A DNA stretch of 24,000 bases from Leptotrichia sp. oral taxon 212 (GTDB lineage Bacteria; Fusobacteriota; Fusobacteriia; Fusobacteriales; Leptotrichiaceae). The stretch spans positions 755,126-779,125 of the forward strand of contig NZ_CP012410.1 of assembly GCF_001274535.1 (NCBI RefSeq), in the 5' to 3' direction. The translations under genes and the position numbers were made by a program. The stretch's first letter is position 1; every line of letters begins with the position of its first letter. The notes beneath the pieces are model-generated. The model searched no databases, was not told the DNA's origin, and worked only from the letters and a program-made list of their open reading frames with translations. Positions 1-7,610 of the stretch are shown one piece after another.

Positions 1-1
1 T

Positions 2-697
<696 letters not shown>

Positions 698-742
698 TTA
701 ATAAATTAAAATAATTGAAATTAAAGGACATACTTATTTTAT

Positions 743-811
743 GAGGTTATCTCAAAAGTTAAGAAAATTTATTTACAAATTACTTCTAACTTGCGAGATA
801 ATCTCTTTATT
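743..811 (+). terminator. Long imperfect hairpin after the GH4 gene, possibly an intrinsic terminator or a small palindromic repeat
   Basis: GAGGTTATCTCAAAAGTTAAGAA (743-765) pairs with CTTCTAACTTGCGAGATAATCTC (783-805). About 17 of 23 positions are complementary, plus G-U pairs. The loop is 17 nt and is followed by TTTATT. The hairpin starts 46 nt after the stop at 697. Confidence 0.4.
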
Positions 812-847
812 AATGAGATATAATTTTAAATAAAAGGATGAGAAAAT

Positions 848-2596
848 ATGGATACAAAAAAATTAGATAAAAAATGGTGGAAGAAAGAAGTTGGATATCA
901 GATATATCCAAGAAGTTTTTATGATAGTAACAATGACGGAATCGGAGATTTAAATGGAATTACTGAAAAACTTGACTATCTGAAAAATCTGGGGATAACT
1001 CTTATCTGGGTTTGTCCAATATTTAAGTCACCAATGGATGACAATGGATACGATATTTCAGATTACTATGATGTAAATCCTGAATTTGGAACAAAGGAAG
1101 ATTTGGAAAGATTAATTTCAGAGGCAGAAAAAAGAGGAATAAAAATAATTCTGGATTTAGTAATTAATCATACTTCTGATGAGCATGAATGGTTTTTAGA
1201 AGCGTTGAAAAATCCTGAAAGCAAGTACAGGAATTATTACATTTTTAAAAGGGGGAAAAATGGACTGCCACCGACAAACTGGAGAAGTCACTTTGGAGGA
1301 TCGGTCTGGGAAAAAGTTGAAGGGGAAGTTGATGAAAACGGAAATGAAATGTATTATCTGCACTTATTTACGAAAAAACAGCCTGACTTAAACTGGGAAA
1401 ATCCAGAAGTCAGGCAAGAACTGTACAAAATCGTAAATTACTGGCTGGAAAAAGGAATTGCAGGTTTCAGGGTAGATGCTATAAATTCAATAAAAAAAGA
1501 TAAGGATTATCTGGATTTACCTGTTGATGGTGCAGATGGGCTTGCACATAATATAAAGTACACTTTGAATCAGCCGGGAATTGAGGGATTCTTAACAGAA
1601 CTGGCAGAAAAAACATTTAAGAAGTATAATTGTATGACTGTAGCTGAAACACCTTTGCTGGAATACGAAAGATATAGTGATTTTATTGGTGAAGGCGGAT
1701 TTTTTTCAATGATTTTTGATTTCAGCTATTCTGATTTGGATATGGCGAAAGAAGGTTTTTACTATTCAGTGCAGGATGTGAAAGTGAGAGAATTAAGAAA
1801 TAAAATTTTTGAAAGTCAGCTGACACAGCAGAAATATGGCTGGGGAGCACCATTTTTAGAAAATCACGATTTGCCAAGAAGTTTGAATAAATTTTTTGGA
1901 GAAAAGGCAAATGAAACAAATGCCAAACTGCTTGGAAATGTATTCTTCTTTTTGCGTGGAACCCCTTTCATTTATCAGGGACAGGAAATAGGAATGGACA
2001 ACTTTGTAAGAAATGATATCTCAGAATTTGACGATATTGCCAGCAAAGACCAGTATCAGCGTGCACTGGGAGAAGGTTTTTCTCCTAAAGAAGCACTATA
2101 TTTTGTAAATAAACGTAGCCGTGACAATTCTAGAACTCCTATGCAATGGGATGAAGGTAAAAATGCTGGTTTTTCAGAAGATGAAAATATAAAATCATGG
2201 ATAAAACTAACAGGAAGGCATACTGTAACAAATGTAAAAAATCAATTAAATGATGAAGATTCAATTTTTGCCCATTATAAAAATATGATTGAGTTACGGC
2301 AAAATGGAAAATATTCAGATTGTCTGATTTATGGAGAATTTATTCCTGTATTATTGAAAAATGATAAAATAATTGCATATATAAGAAAATATGAAAATCA
2401 GAATATTCTTTGTATTAATAATTTTTCTGATAAAAAGCAGCAAGTGGAATTAAGCGAGATTGCAAAAAGTATTAGCGAGAAAGAAATTAAACTGGCAGAT
2501 ATTCTGATTAATAATTATAAAAATATTGAAAATGATAGCGAAGTGTTAGCTCTTGAAGGATATCAAAGTTTGTTAGTAGAATTTCAAATATTATAA
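848..2596 (+). CDS. GH13 alpha-glucosidase (oligo-1,6-glucosidase / sucrose-isomer or trehalose-6-P hydrolase-like subfamily)
   Basis: 582-aa ORF with RBS AAAGGATGAG upstream. The four GH13 conserved regions are visible: DLVINHTSDEH (I), GFRVDAINSI (II, nucleophile Asp), MTVAETP (III, acid/base Glu), FLENHDLPR (IV). The N-terminus WWKKEVGYQIYPRSFYDSNNDGIGDLNGI is typical of the oligo-1,6-glucosidase group. Confidence 0.9.
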   Translation: MDTKKLDKKWWKKEVGYQIYPRSFYDSNNDGIGDLNGITEKLDYLKNLGITLIWVCPIFKSPMDDNGYDISDYYDVNPEFGTKEDLERLISEAEKRGIKIILDLVINHTSDEHEWFLEALKNPESKYRNYYIFKRGKNGLPPTNWRSHFGGSVWEKVEGEVDENGNEMYYLHLFTKKQPDLNWENPEVRQELYKIVNYWLEKGIAGFRVDAINSIKKDKDYLDLPVDGADGLAHNIKYTLNQPGIEGFLTELAEKTFKKYNCMTVAETPLLEYERYSDFIGEGGFFSMIFDFSYSDLDMAKEGFYYSVQDVKVRELRNKIFESQLTQQKYGWGAPFLENHDLPRSLNKFFGEKANETNAKLLGNVFFFLRGTPFIYQGQEIGMDNFVRNDISEFDDIASKDQYQRALGEGFSPKEALYFVNKRSRDNSRTPMQWDEGKNAGFSEDENIKSWIKLTGRHTVTNVKNQLNDEDSIFAHYKNMIELRQNGKYSDCLIYGEFIPVLLKNDKIIAYIRKYENQNILCINNFSDKKQQVELSEIAKSISEKEIKLADILINNYKNIENDSEVLALEGYQSLLVEFQIL

Positions 2597-2652
2597 AGGA
2601 TTTTACGGAAATATCAATAAATAATCTCAAATTTGATAATTAGATAAAGTAA

Positions 2653-2750
2653 AAAACTGCCTTTTATTCTTACAAATATTCTGTACTTAAAATCTTAAAT
2701 ACAAGATTAGAAGTATAGCATAAAATAGGAATATTAGACAGTTTTCTATT
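2653..2750. terminator. Long nested imperfect palindrome between convergent genes, a candidate bidirectional terminator
   Basis: Outer arms are AAAACTG (2653-2659) and CAGTTTT (2739-2745). Inner pairs are TACTT/AAGTA (2684-2688 / 2711-2715) and AATCTT/AAGATT (2691-2696 / 2703-2708). An A-tract lies upstream and a T-tract (TTTTCTATTTTATTT) downstream, so it could terminate both the GH13 (+) and the rep-like (-) transcripts. Confidence 0.4.
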
Positions 2751-3980
2751 TTATTTATCATTAAAATATTTAATTCTTTTTGGAGTACTTTCCATTTTTT
2801 CAATAACATTACCTGGAAGATATATTTCAATGATGGATTTTTTATCAGAATAATATCTGACAAAAATTTTTATATATTCATTTGAAAAATCAAAAGAATC
2901 GTTATCCTTAAAATAACTGATGGAATCAATATCTTTCAATTTAAAAGTGCGAAGGAGTTCTTCAATTTTTGGATAATATCTTTTTATTTCATTGAGTTTT
3001 CGTGTAAGGGTGTAAAATAAAACTATCGGAGATTTAACGGTTTTAAATTCACTTACATAAAGTTTCAAATTATCTGATGCGAGATTGAGCATTAATGTTC
3101 TTTTCAAATTTTTTTCAAAATTTTCAGAAAAAGAACTCTTAGCATGATTTATATTGTCATATACATATTTATATCCCCTCTTTGCTACATACAGTACAAA
3201 TAAACGATAAATTTCTTCAGGATTAGAAATTTTTTCTTTAATAAGCTCAAGCATTTTATAGATTGTATTGTCATATGGACTGTAAGGCTGTCTTGATTTA
3301 GTTATAAAAAAATTGATAGAAACAATTTTATTGGTAGGTTTTCCGCTTTCCTTTATTTTTTCATATTTAACGGAAAAATCTGTAAAAGTATTTATATCCA
3401 TTATAGCCTTTTTTAAAATATGTTTCTCAAAGTCAAAAAATCTTTCATACTTATTATCTGCATTAAGGTGCATTTTTACAGATGAAAGAGGAAGACAGAC
3501 TTCATTTTTATCTTCGGCATTCTTGATAATATTGTTATAAAAACCAAATGAAAAGGAATCCGTCATAAAAATAAATTTTTCAATTTCAAGAAGAGAAAAG
3601 AAACTTTTTTTGAGAGAAAAACAGTTCTTGAATTCTTCTGTAAAAAATATCTGACAATAATCAGAGTGCAAAATAAAAGATGAAAGAATTCCAAAAAAAC
3701 CGGAAAAATTAATGTCCGGAGAAAAAACAGAAAAAGATATATACTTTTCTGATAGAGCTTTAAAAAATGAATTAAAATTATTAATAGAAGAAAATTCAGG
3801 TATGGAAAGAATTTCTTCAAATCTGATTTCAGCTTTTTCCAGAAAATAGGAATCTGAAACAATTTTGAAAAATAATAATTTAAGAAATATCTTTTCATTT
3901 TTTGTTATTTTTTTAGAAAATTCAAGTTTAATATCCTTTTTCTGAAAATTTGTAAATTTTTGTGAAAAATATATGTTCAT
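2751..3980 (-). CDS. Rep_3-like (RepA/pi-type, tandem winged-helix) replication-initiator homolog with an extra ~180-aa C-terminal region
   Basis: 409-aa ORF with AGGAG 7 nt before the ATG. The segment CLPLSSVKMHLNADNKYERFFDFEKHILKKAIMDINTFTDFSVKYEKIK...KIVSINFFI follows the pattern I remember from pSC101 RepA (ISLDEFKFMLMLENNYHEFKRLNQWVLKPISKDLNTYSNMKLVV...LIFQV). The N-terminal part also fits the first WH domain loosely. The gene is visibly more AT-rich than its neighbours. Confidence 0.6.
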   Translation of the reverse strand: MNIYFSQKFTNFQKKDIKLEFSKKITKNEKIFLKLLFFKIVSDSYFLEKAEIRFEEILSIPEFSSINNFNSFFKALSEKYISFSVFSPDINFSGFFGILSSFILHSDYCQIFFTEEFKNCFSLKKSFFSLLEIEKFIFMTDSFSFGFYNNIIKNAEDKNEVCLPLSSVKMHLNADNKYERFFDFEKHILKKAIMDINTFTDFSVKYEKIKESGKPTNKIVSINFFITKSRQPYSPYDNTIYKMLELIKEKISNPEEIYRLFVLYVAKRGYKYVYDNINHAKSSFSENFEKNLKRTLMLNLASDNLKLYVSEFKTVKSPIVLFYTLTRKLNEIKRYYPKIEELLRTFKLKDIDSISYFKDNDSFDFSNEYIKIFVRYYSDKKSIIEIYLPGNVIEKMESTPKRIKYFNDK

Positions 3981-3996
3981 TTTGAAACTCCTAACT

Positions 3997-4093
3997 AACG
4001 AAAAAAAAATTATTTATTTCGTTTAGATTTTATATATAATTTTAATATTTATAAATTATATAAATATAAACGAAAAATATAAAAAAAATTCGT
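3997..4093. promoter_or_regulatory. Two similar inverted-repeat sites (AACGAAA-N13-TTTCGTT and ACGAA-N14-TTCGT) in the rep-like gene upstream/5'UTR region
   Basis: Site 1 spans 3997-4023 with 7-bp arms. Site 2 spans 4070-4093 with 5-bp arms. Their centres are about 71 bp apart. They hold four of the five CpG dinucleotides in the otherwise nearly pure A/T tract 3981-4187. Confidence 0.4.
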
Positions 4094-4187
4094 CTTTTTA
4101 ATAATTATACATAAAATCGATAATAAAATCAATAAAATAAAAGCAATTATTATAAAAATATTATATAAATAATTAAGAAACAATTTT

Positions 4188-4216
4188 TTGACAAAATGAC
4201 AAATGTGAGGTATAAC
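4188..4216 (+). promoter_or_regulatory. Sigma-70-type promoter of the PTS/peptidase locus
   Basis: TTGACA (4188-4193), a 17-bp spacer, then TATAAC (4211-4216), about 55 nt upstream of the ATG at 4270. Confidence 0.55.
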
Positions 4217-4269
4217 GATAATGAAAACAATAAAGATAAAATTTTAATTTTAATGTGGAGGAAGAGAAA

Positions 4270-5166
4270 ATGGGAAAAAGATTGCTTAGCTGCTTTACCA
4301 GTGATTTTAATAAAATGTCTGGTCAGGATTTAAAGAATGCAATAAAGGCAAGTGAAGGCAGAACAGTGTTGTCAGAAAATGTTGCAGGAAGAAGAAGCGT
4401 TACAGGTGATGTCACAAATAGTGAACTGGCAAGAGCTTTTGGAGCAGACCTTATACTGCTGAATGGAATTGATGTGTATAATCCGGTTATAGATGCTCTT
4501 CCTGAGTCAGATGAGCCTATAAAGCTTGTAAAAAAACTTACAGGAAGACCTATAGGACTTAATCTGGAACCTGTAGATCTGAAAGCTGACATGATGGAAG
4601 AAATAGAGATTATCCCTGAAGGAAGAATATGTTCAGAAGCTACACTGAAAAAGATAGAAAAAATGGGATTTGACTTTGTATGCCTGACAGGTAATCCTGG
4701 AACAGGAGTTACAAACAGCCAGATTGCTGAAGGAATAAAACTGGCTAAAAAGCATTTTTCAGGAATGGTAATAGCAGGTAAAATGCACTCTGCAGGAGTT
4801 GACGAACCTGTTGCAAATTTAGATGTTGTAAAAGAATTTATTGAAAGTGGTGCAGATGTTATAATGCTTCCGGCTGTAGGAACAGTACCTGGATTTACTC
4901 AGAGTGAAATGGAAAAAGCTGTAAAATATATCAAAGAAAATGGAGCACTTTCAATGTCTGCAATAGGAACAAGTCAGGAAAGCTCCACAAGAGAAACAAT
5001 AAGACAAATAGCGATAATGAATAAAATTGCGGGAGTGGATATTCAGCATATTGGAGATGCAGGATATTCAGGAGTTGCAAACTTTGAAAATATAATGGAA
5101 CTTTCCATAGCAATAAGAGGAGTAAGACATACAGTCAGAATGATTGCAGCTTCAAATGACAGATAG
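4270..5166 (+). CDS. Conserved hypothetical protein of unknown function (alternating beta/alpha pattern suggests a TIM-barrel-like fold); first gene of the PTS locus
   Basis: The ORF track starts at GTG 4255, but GGAGG (4257-4261) sits 8 nt before ATG 4270 (MGKRLL...), so 4270 is preferred. The sequence is non-repetitive and soluble-looking (ADLILLNGIDVYNP, CLTGNPGTGVTN, GADVIMLPAVGTVPG). I do not recognise a named family. Confidence 0.7.
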   Translation: MGKRLLSCFTSDFNKMSGQDLKNAIKASEGRTVLSENVAGRRSVTGDVTNSELARAFGADLILLNGIDVYNPVIDALPESDEPIKLVKKLTGRPIGLNLEPVDLKADMMEEIEIIPEGRICSEATLKKIEKMGFDFVCLTGNPGTGVTNSQIAEGIKLAKKHFSGMVIAGKMHSAGVDEPVANLDVVKEFIESGADVIMLPAVGTVPGFTQSEMEKAVKYIKENGALSMSAIGTSQESSTRETIRQIAIMNKIAGVDIQHIGDAGYSGVANFENIMELSIAIRGVRHTVRMIAASNDR

Positions 5167-5204
5167 AAAAATAAAAAATAAATATATATATTTTAGGAGG
5201 TTTT

Positions 5205-5531
5205 ATGAAAAGAATATACTTGTTTTGCAGTGCAGGAATGTCTACAAGCTTAGTTGCCAAAAGGATGCAGGAAGTGGCAGATAAACATAGTCTTCCCGTT
5301 GAAGTGAAGGCTTTTCCTGACAATAAGATAGATGTTATTGTCGAGGAATTTCATCCTGATGTAATTCTTTTAGGACCACAGGTAAAGTTTAAGCTTGAAC
5401 AGACAGCTTCAAAATACGAACCACAGGGTATTCCAGTAGCAGTAATTGATCTTGAAGATTATGGAAAAGTTGATGGAGAACGTATTTTAAAGAGAGCAAT
5501 AAAAATATTGAAGGAAAAGGCAGGGAAATAA
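5205..5531 (+). CDS. PTS EIIB component, lactose/cellobiose (chitobiose) family
   Basis: 108 aa with RBS TAGGAGG. The N-terminal MKRIYLFCSAGMSTSLVAKRM carries the phospho-Cys motif typical of Lac-family IIB proteins. Confidence 0.9.
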   Translation: MKRIYLFCSAGMSTSLVAKRMQEVADKHSLPVEVKAFPDNKIDVIVEEFHPDVILLGPQVKFKLEQTASKYEPQGIPVAVIDLEDYGKVDGERILKRAIKILKEKAGK

Positions 5532-5532
5532 T

Positions 5533-6882
5533 ATGTTTGATAAGTTGGAAAAAGTGTTAGGGCCTTTGGCATCTAAATTGAGTAGTAATAAAGTTTTAGC
5601 AGCAATCCGTGATGGATTTCTTGTGGGAACACCGTTAATTATAGCAGCTTCAATATTTTTAGTTATTGGTAATTTCCCTATTGAAGGATATGAAAAATTT
5701 GTTGCACAGTTTTTAGGTGAAGGATGGGACGGATATCTTAATGCTGTTATCCGTTCAACATTTGGAGTAATAGCACTTCTTGGTGTTATCGGTATTGGAT
5801 ATTATTATGCGAAGGCAAAGGGAGTAGAAGGAATTTCAGGAGCAGCTGTATCATTAGTAGCATTCCTTATTATAAGCCCTCAGTCTCATGATTTGTTTGT
5901 AAATGCAGAAGGAAAAGCTTTTAGAGGTTTTGCACTTAGAAATTTAGGAACAGAAGGTTTATTCCTTGCAATGATTACAGCATTACTTGCTGTAACTGTA
6001 TTTGCTGCAGTTAAAAATAAAGGATGGACAATAAAACTTCCTGAAGGAGTTCCGCCTGCAGTAATGAATTCATTTGCGGCATTAATACCAAGTATGTTTG
6101 TAATGCTTCTGTTCTTTGTGTTAAGACTTTTCTTCTATTTCTTTACAAAAGATCAGTATGCACATGACTTTATTTATAAAGTTCTGCAAGGTCCTCTTGA
6201 AGGTTTAGGAAAGAATCTCTTCTTTGAACCGATTTATCAGTTCCTATCAACATTATTCTGGTTCTTTGGTATTAATGGTCCTGCTGTTACAAATACAGTT
6301 TTCTCTCCATTACACCTGGCTATGACAACAGGAAATCAGGAAGCATTTGCGGCTCATATGCCATTACCTCATATATTTACAGGTTCATTCTCTGATTTCT
6401 TCTGTAACTTCGGTGGAGGAGGAAGTACACTATCTCTAGTGTTGCTGATGATTTTTAAAGGTAAGTCAGAACGTATGAAAAAATTAGGAAAATTATCTAT
6501 AGTGCCTGGAATTTTTGGAATAAACGAAATGGTTATTTTTGGACTTCCAGTTGTATTGAACCCAATTATTGCGATTCCATTTTTGTTAACACCGCTTGTT
6601 AATACAATTTTAGGTACACTTGCAACAGTATTACATATTATTCCTCGTACTACAGGAACATTATTACCTTGGACAACGCCTTTATTCTTTTCAGGATGGC
6701 TTTCTACAGGAAGTATAGTTGCAGGACTTTTCCAGATAGTACAGGTAGCAATAGGATGTATGATTTACTATCCATTCTTTAAAATATTGGATACTCAGTA
6801 TTTGCAAGATGAAACAAAACCTGTAGAACAAAATGAAAAAGATGATTTAGAAGACATTTCGCTTGATGATATCTCTTTCTAG
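5533..6882 (+). CDS. PTS EIIC permease, lactose/cellobiose family
   Basis: 449 aa, starting 1 nt after the IIB stop. It is polytopic and hydrophobic, with the Lac/Cel IIC-like N-terminus (LASKLSSNKVLAAIRDGF) and GINGP/INE motifs, and ends in an acidic tail. Confidence 0.9.
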   Translation: MFDKLEKVLGPLASKLSSNKVLAAIRDGFLVGTPLIIAASIFLVIGNFPIEGYEKFVAQFLGEGWDGYLNAVIRSTFGVIALLGVIGIGYYYAKAKGVEGISGAAVSLVAFLIISPQSHDLFVNAEGKAFRGFALRNLGTEGLFLAMITALLAVTVFAAVKNKGWTIKLPEGVPPAVMNSFAALIPSMFVMLLFFVLRLFFYFFTKDQYAHDFIYKVLQGPLEGLGKNLFFEPIYQFLSTLFWFFGINGPAVTNTVFSPLHLAMTTGNQEAFAAHMPLPHIFTGSFSDFFCNFGGGGSTLSLVLLMIFKGKSERMKKLGKLSIVPGIFGINEMVIFGLPVVLNPIIAIPFLLTPLVNTILGTLATVLHIIPRTTGTLLPWTTPLFFSGWLSTGSIVAGLFQIVQVAIGCMIYYPFFKILDTQYLQDETKPVEQNEKDDLEDISLDDISF

Positions 6883-6907
6883 AAAATATAATTTGTATTG
6901 AATAAGG

Positions 6908-6952
6908 CTGTTTCAAAATTAATTTATAAATTTTAATTTTGGGGCAGTTTTG
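6908..6952 (+). terminator. Rho-independent terminator after the IIC gene (plus-strand specific)
   Basis: CTGTTTCAAAATTAA (6908-6922) pairs with TTAATTTTGGGGCAG (6933-6947) to form a 15-bp stem. Three positions are U-G wobbles that pair only in the plus-strand RNA. The stem is followed by TTTTGTT. Confidence 0.55.
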
Positions 6953-7081
6953 TTCGTTATAGAGGTTACTTCAATATGAGAACTTCATTTAAGAGGAAAA
7001 TACACAAGTAATCATAAGAATAAAAGGACAGCTAATAGCAGAACATCTAAGTAAAATTTTTAGTAGTAAAGGAGACAGACA

Positions 7082-7603
7082 ATGAGAATAGTTTTATTTT
7101 TTGATCAGATTCAATCTGGAACAGGCGGGAAAGAAGGAGCTAATGTGGAACTTGCACTGGAAAAGGGTGGAATTGGTTCATACATGATGTTTTCAGAATA
7201 TATAAAAAATATAGGTGGAACAGTGCTTGCAACAACATACTGCAGCGACAACTATTTTAATGAAAATCAGGAACTTGTCCTTGAAAAAATGACGGGTCTT
7301 CTGAATAAGGTAAAAGCTGATATTCTTTTGTGTGGACCATGTTTCAACTATTACAACTATGCAGAAATGTCTTCCATTTTAGCAGAACACATAAAGAAGG
7401 AAACAGACTGTAAACCTGTAGTTGTATGTTCGGAAGAAAATAAAGAAATAATAGATAAATATAAAAATGATCTGGTAATGATAAAAATGCCCAAAAAAGG
7501 TGGAGTAGGATTACGTGAATCATTGCAGAATATGGCAAAAGTAATTAAAAAAGTTTATGATGGAGCAGATTTATCTGAAGTAAGTGATTATATATATAAA
7601 TAG
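7082..7603 (+). CDS. Stand-alone homolog of the N-terminal domain of glycine/sarcosine/betaine reductase component B (GrdB-like); function unknown
   Basis: 173 aa with RBS AAAGGAG. MRIVLFFDQIQSGTGGKEGANVELALEKGGIG...ATTYCSDNYFNENQE...ADILLCGPCFNYYNY...MPKKGGVGLRESLQNMAKV follows the remembered GrdB N-terminal pattern (YLNQFFGQIGGEEKA...GP..., CGDNYF.EN, AGPAFNAGRYG). There is no in-frame TGA and no selenocysteine region. Confidence 0.6.
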   Translation: MRIVLFFDQIQSGTGGKEGANVELALEKGGIGSYMMFSEYIKNIGGTVLATTYCSDNYFNENQELVLEKMTGLLNKVKADILLCGPCFNYYNYAEMSSILAEHIKKETDCKPVVVCSEENKEIIDKYKNDLVMIKMPKKGGVGLRESLQNMAKVIKKVYDGADLSEVSDYIYK

Positions 7604-7610
7604 TCAGAAA

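Noticed and set aside
2627-2636. Perfect 10-bp palindrome TCAAATTTGA just after the GH13 stop.
   Set aside because: It is short and A/T-only, so it is expected by chance in this composition. It is noted only as a possible fragment of the TCTCAAA-tipped repeat family.
4188-4200. The string TTGACAAA(A)T(T)ATG recurs at 4188, at 16666, and on the minus strand at about 23975-23993, suggesting a shared regulatory box.
   Set aside because: Only the 4188 copy has a properly spaced -10. The 16666 copy overlaps the YafY start codon. The 23993 copy has no -10 at 16-18 bp. The similarity is mostly the -35 consensus plus A/T filler.
7082-7603. Possibility of selenocysteine recoding, because the protein is GrdB-like.
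   Set aside because: There is no in-frame TGA. The ORF ends at TAG, and the Sec-containing region of GrdB is simply absent.
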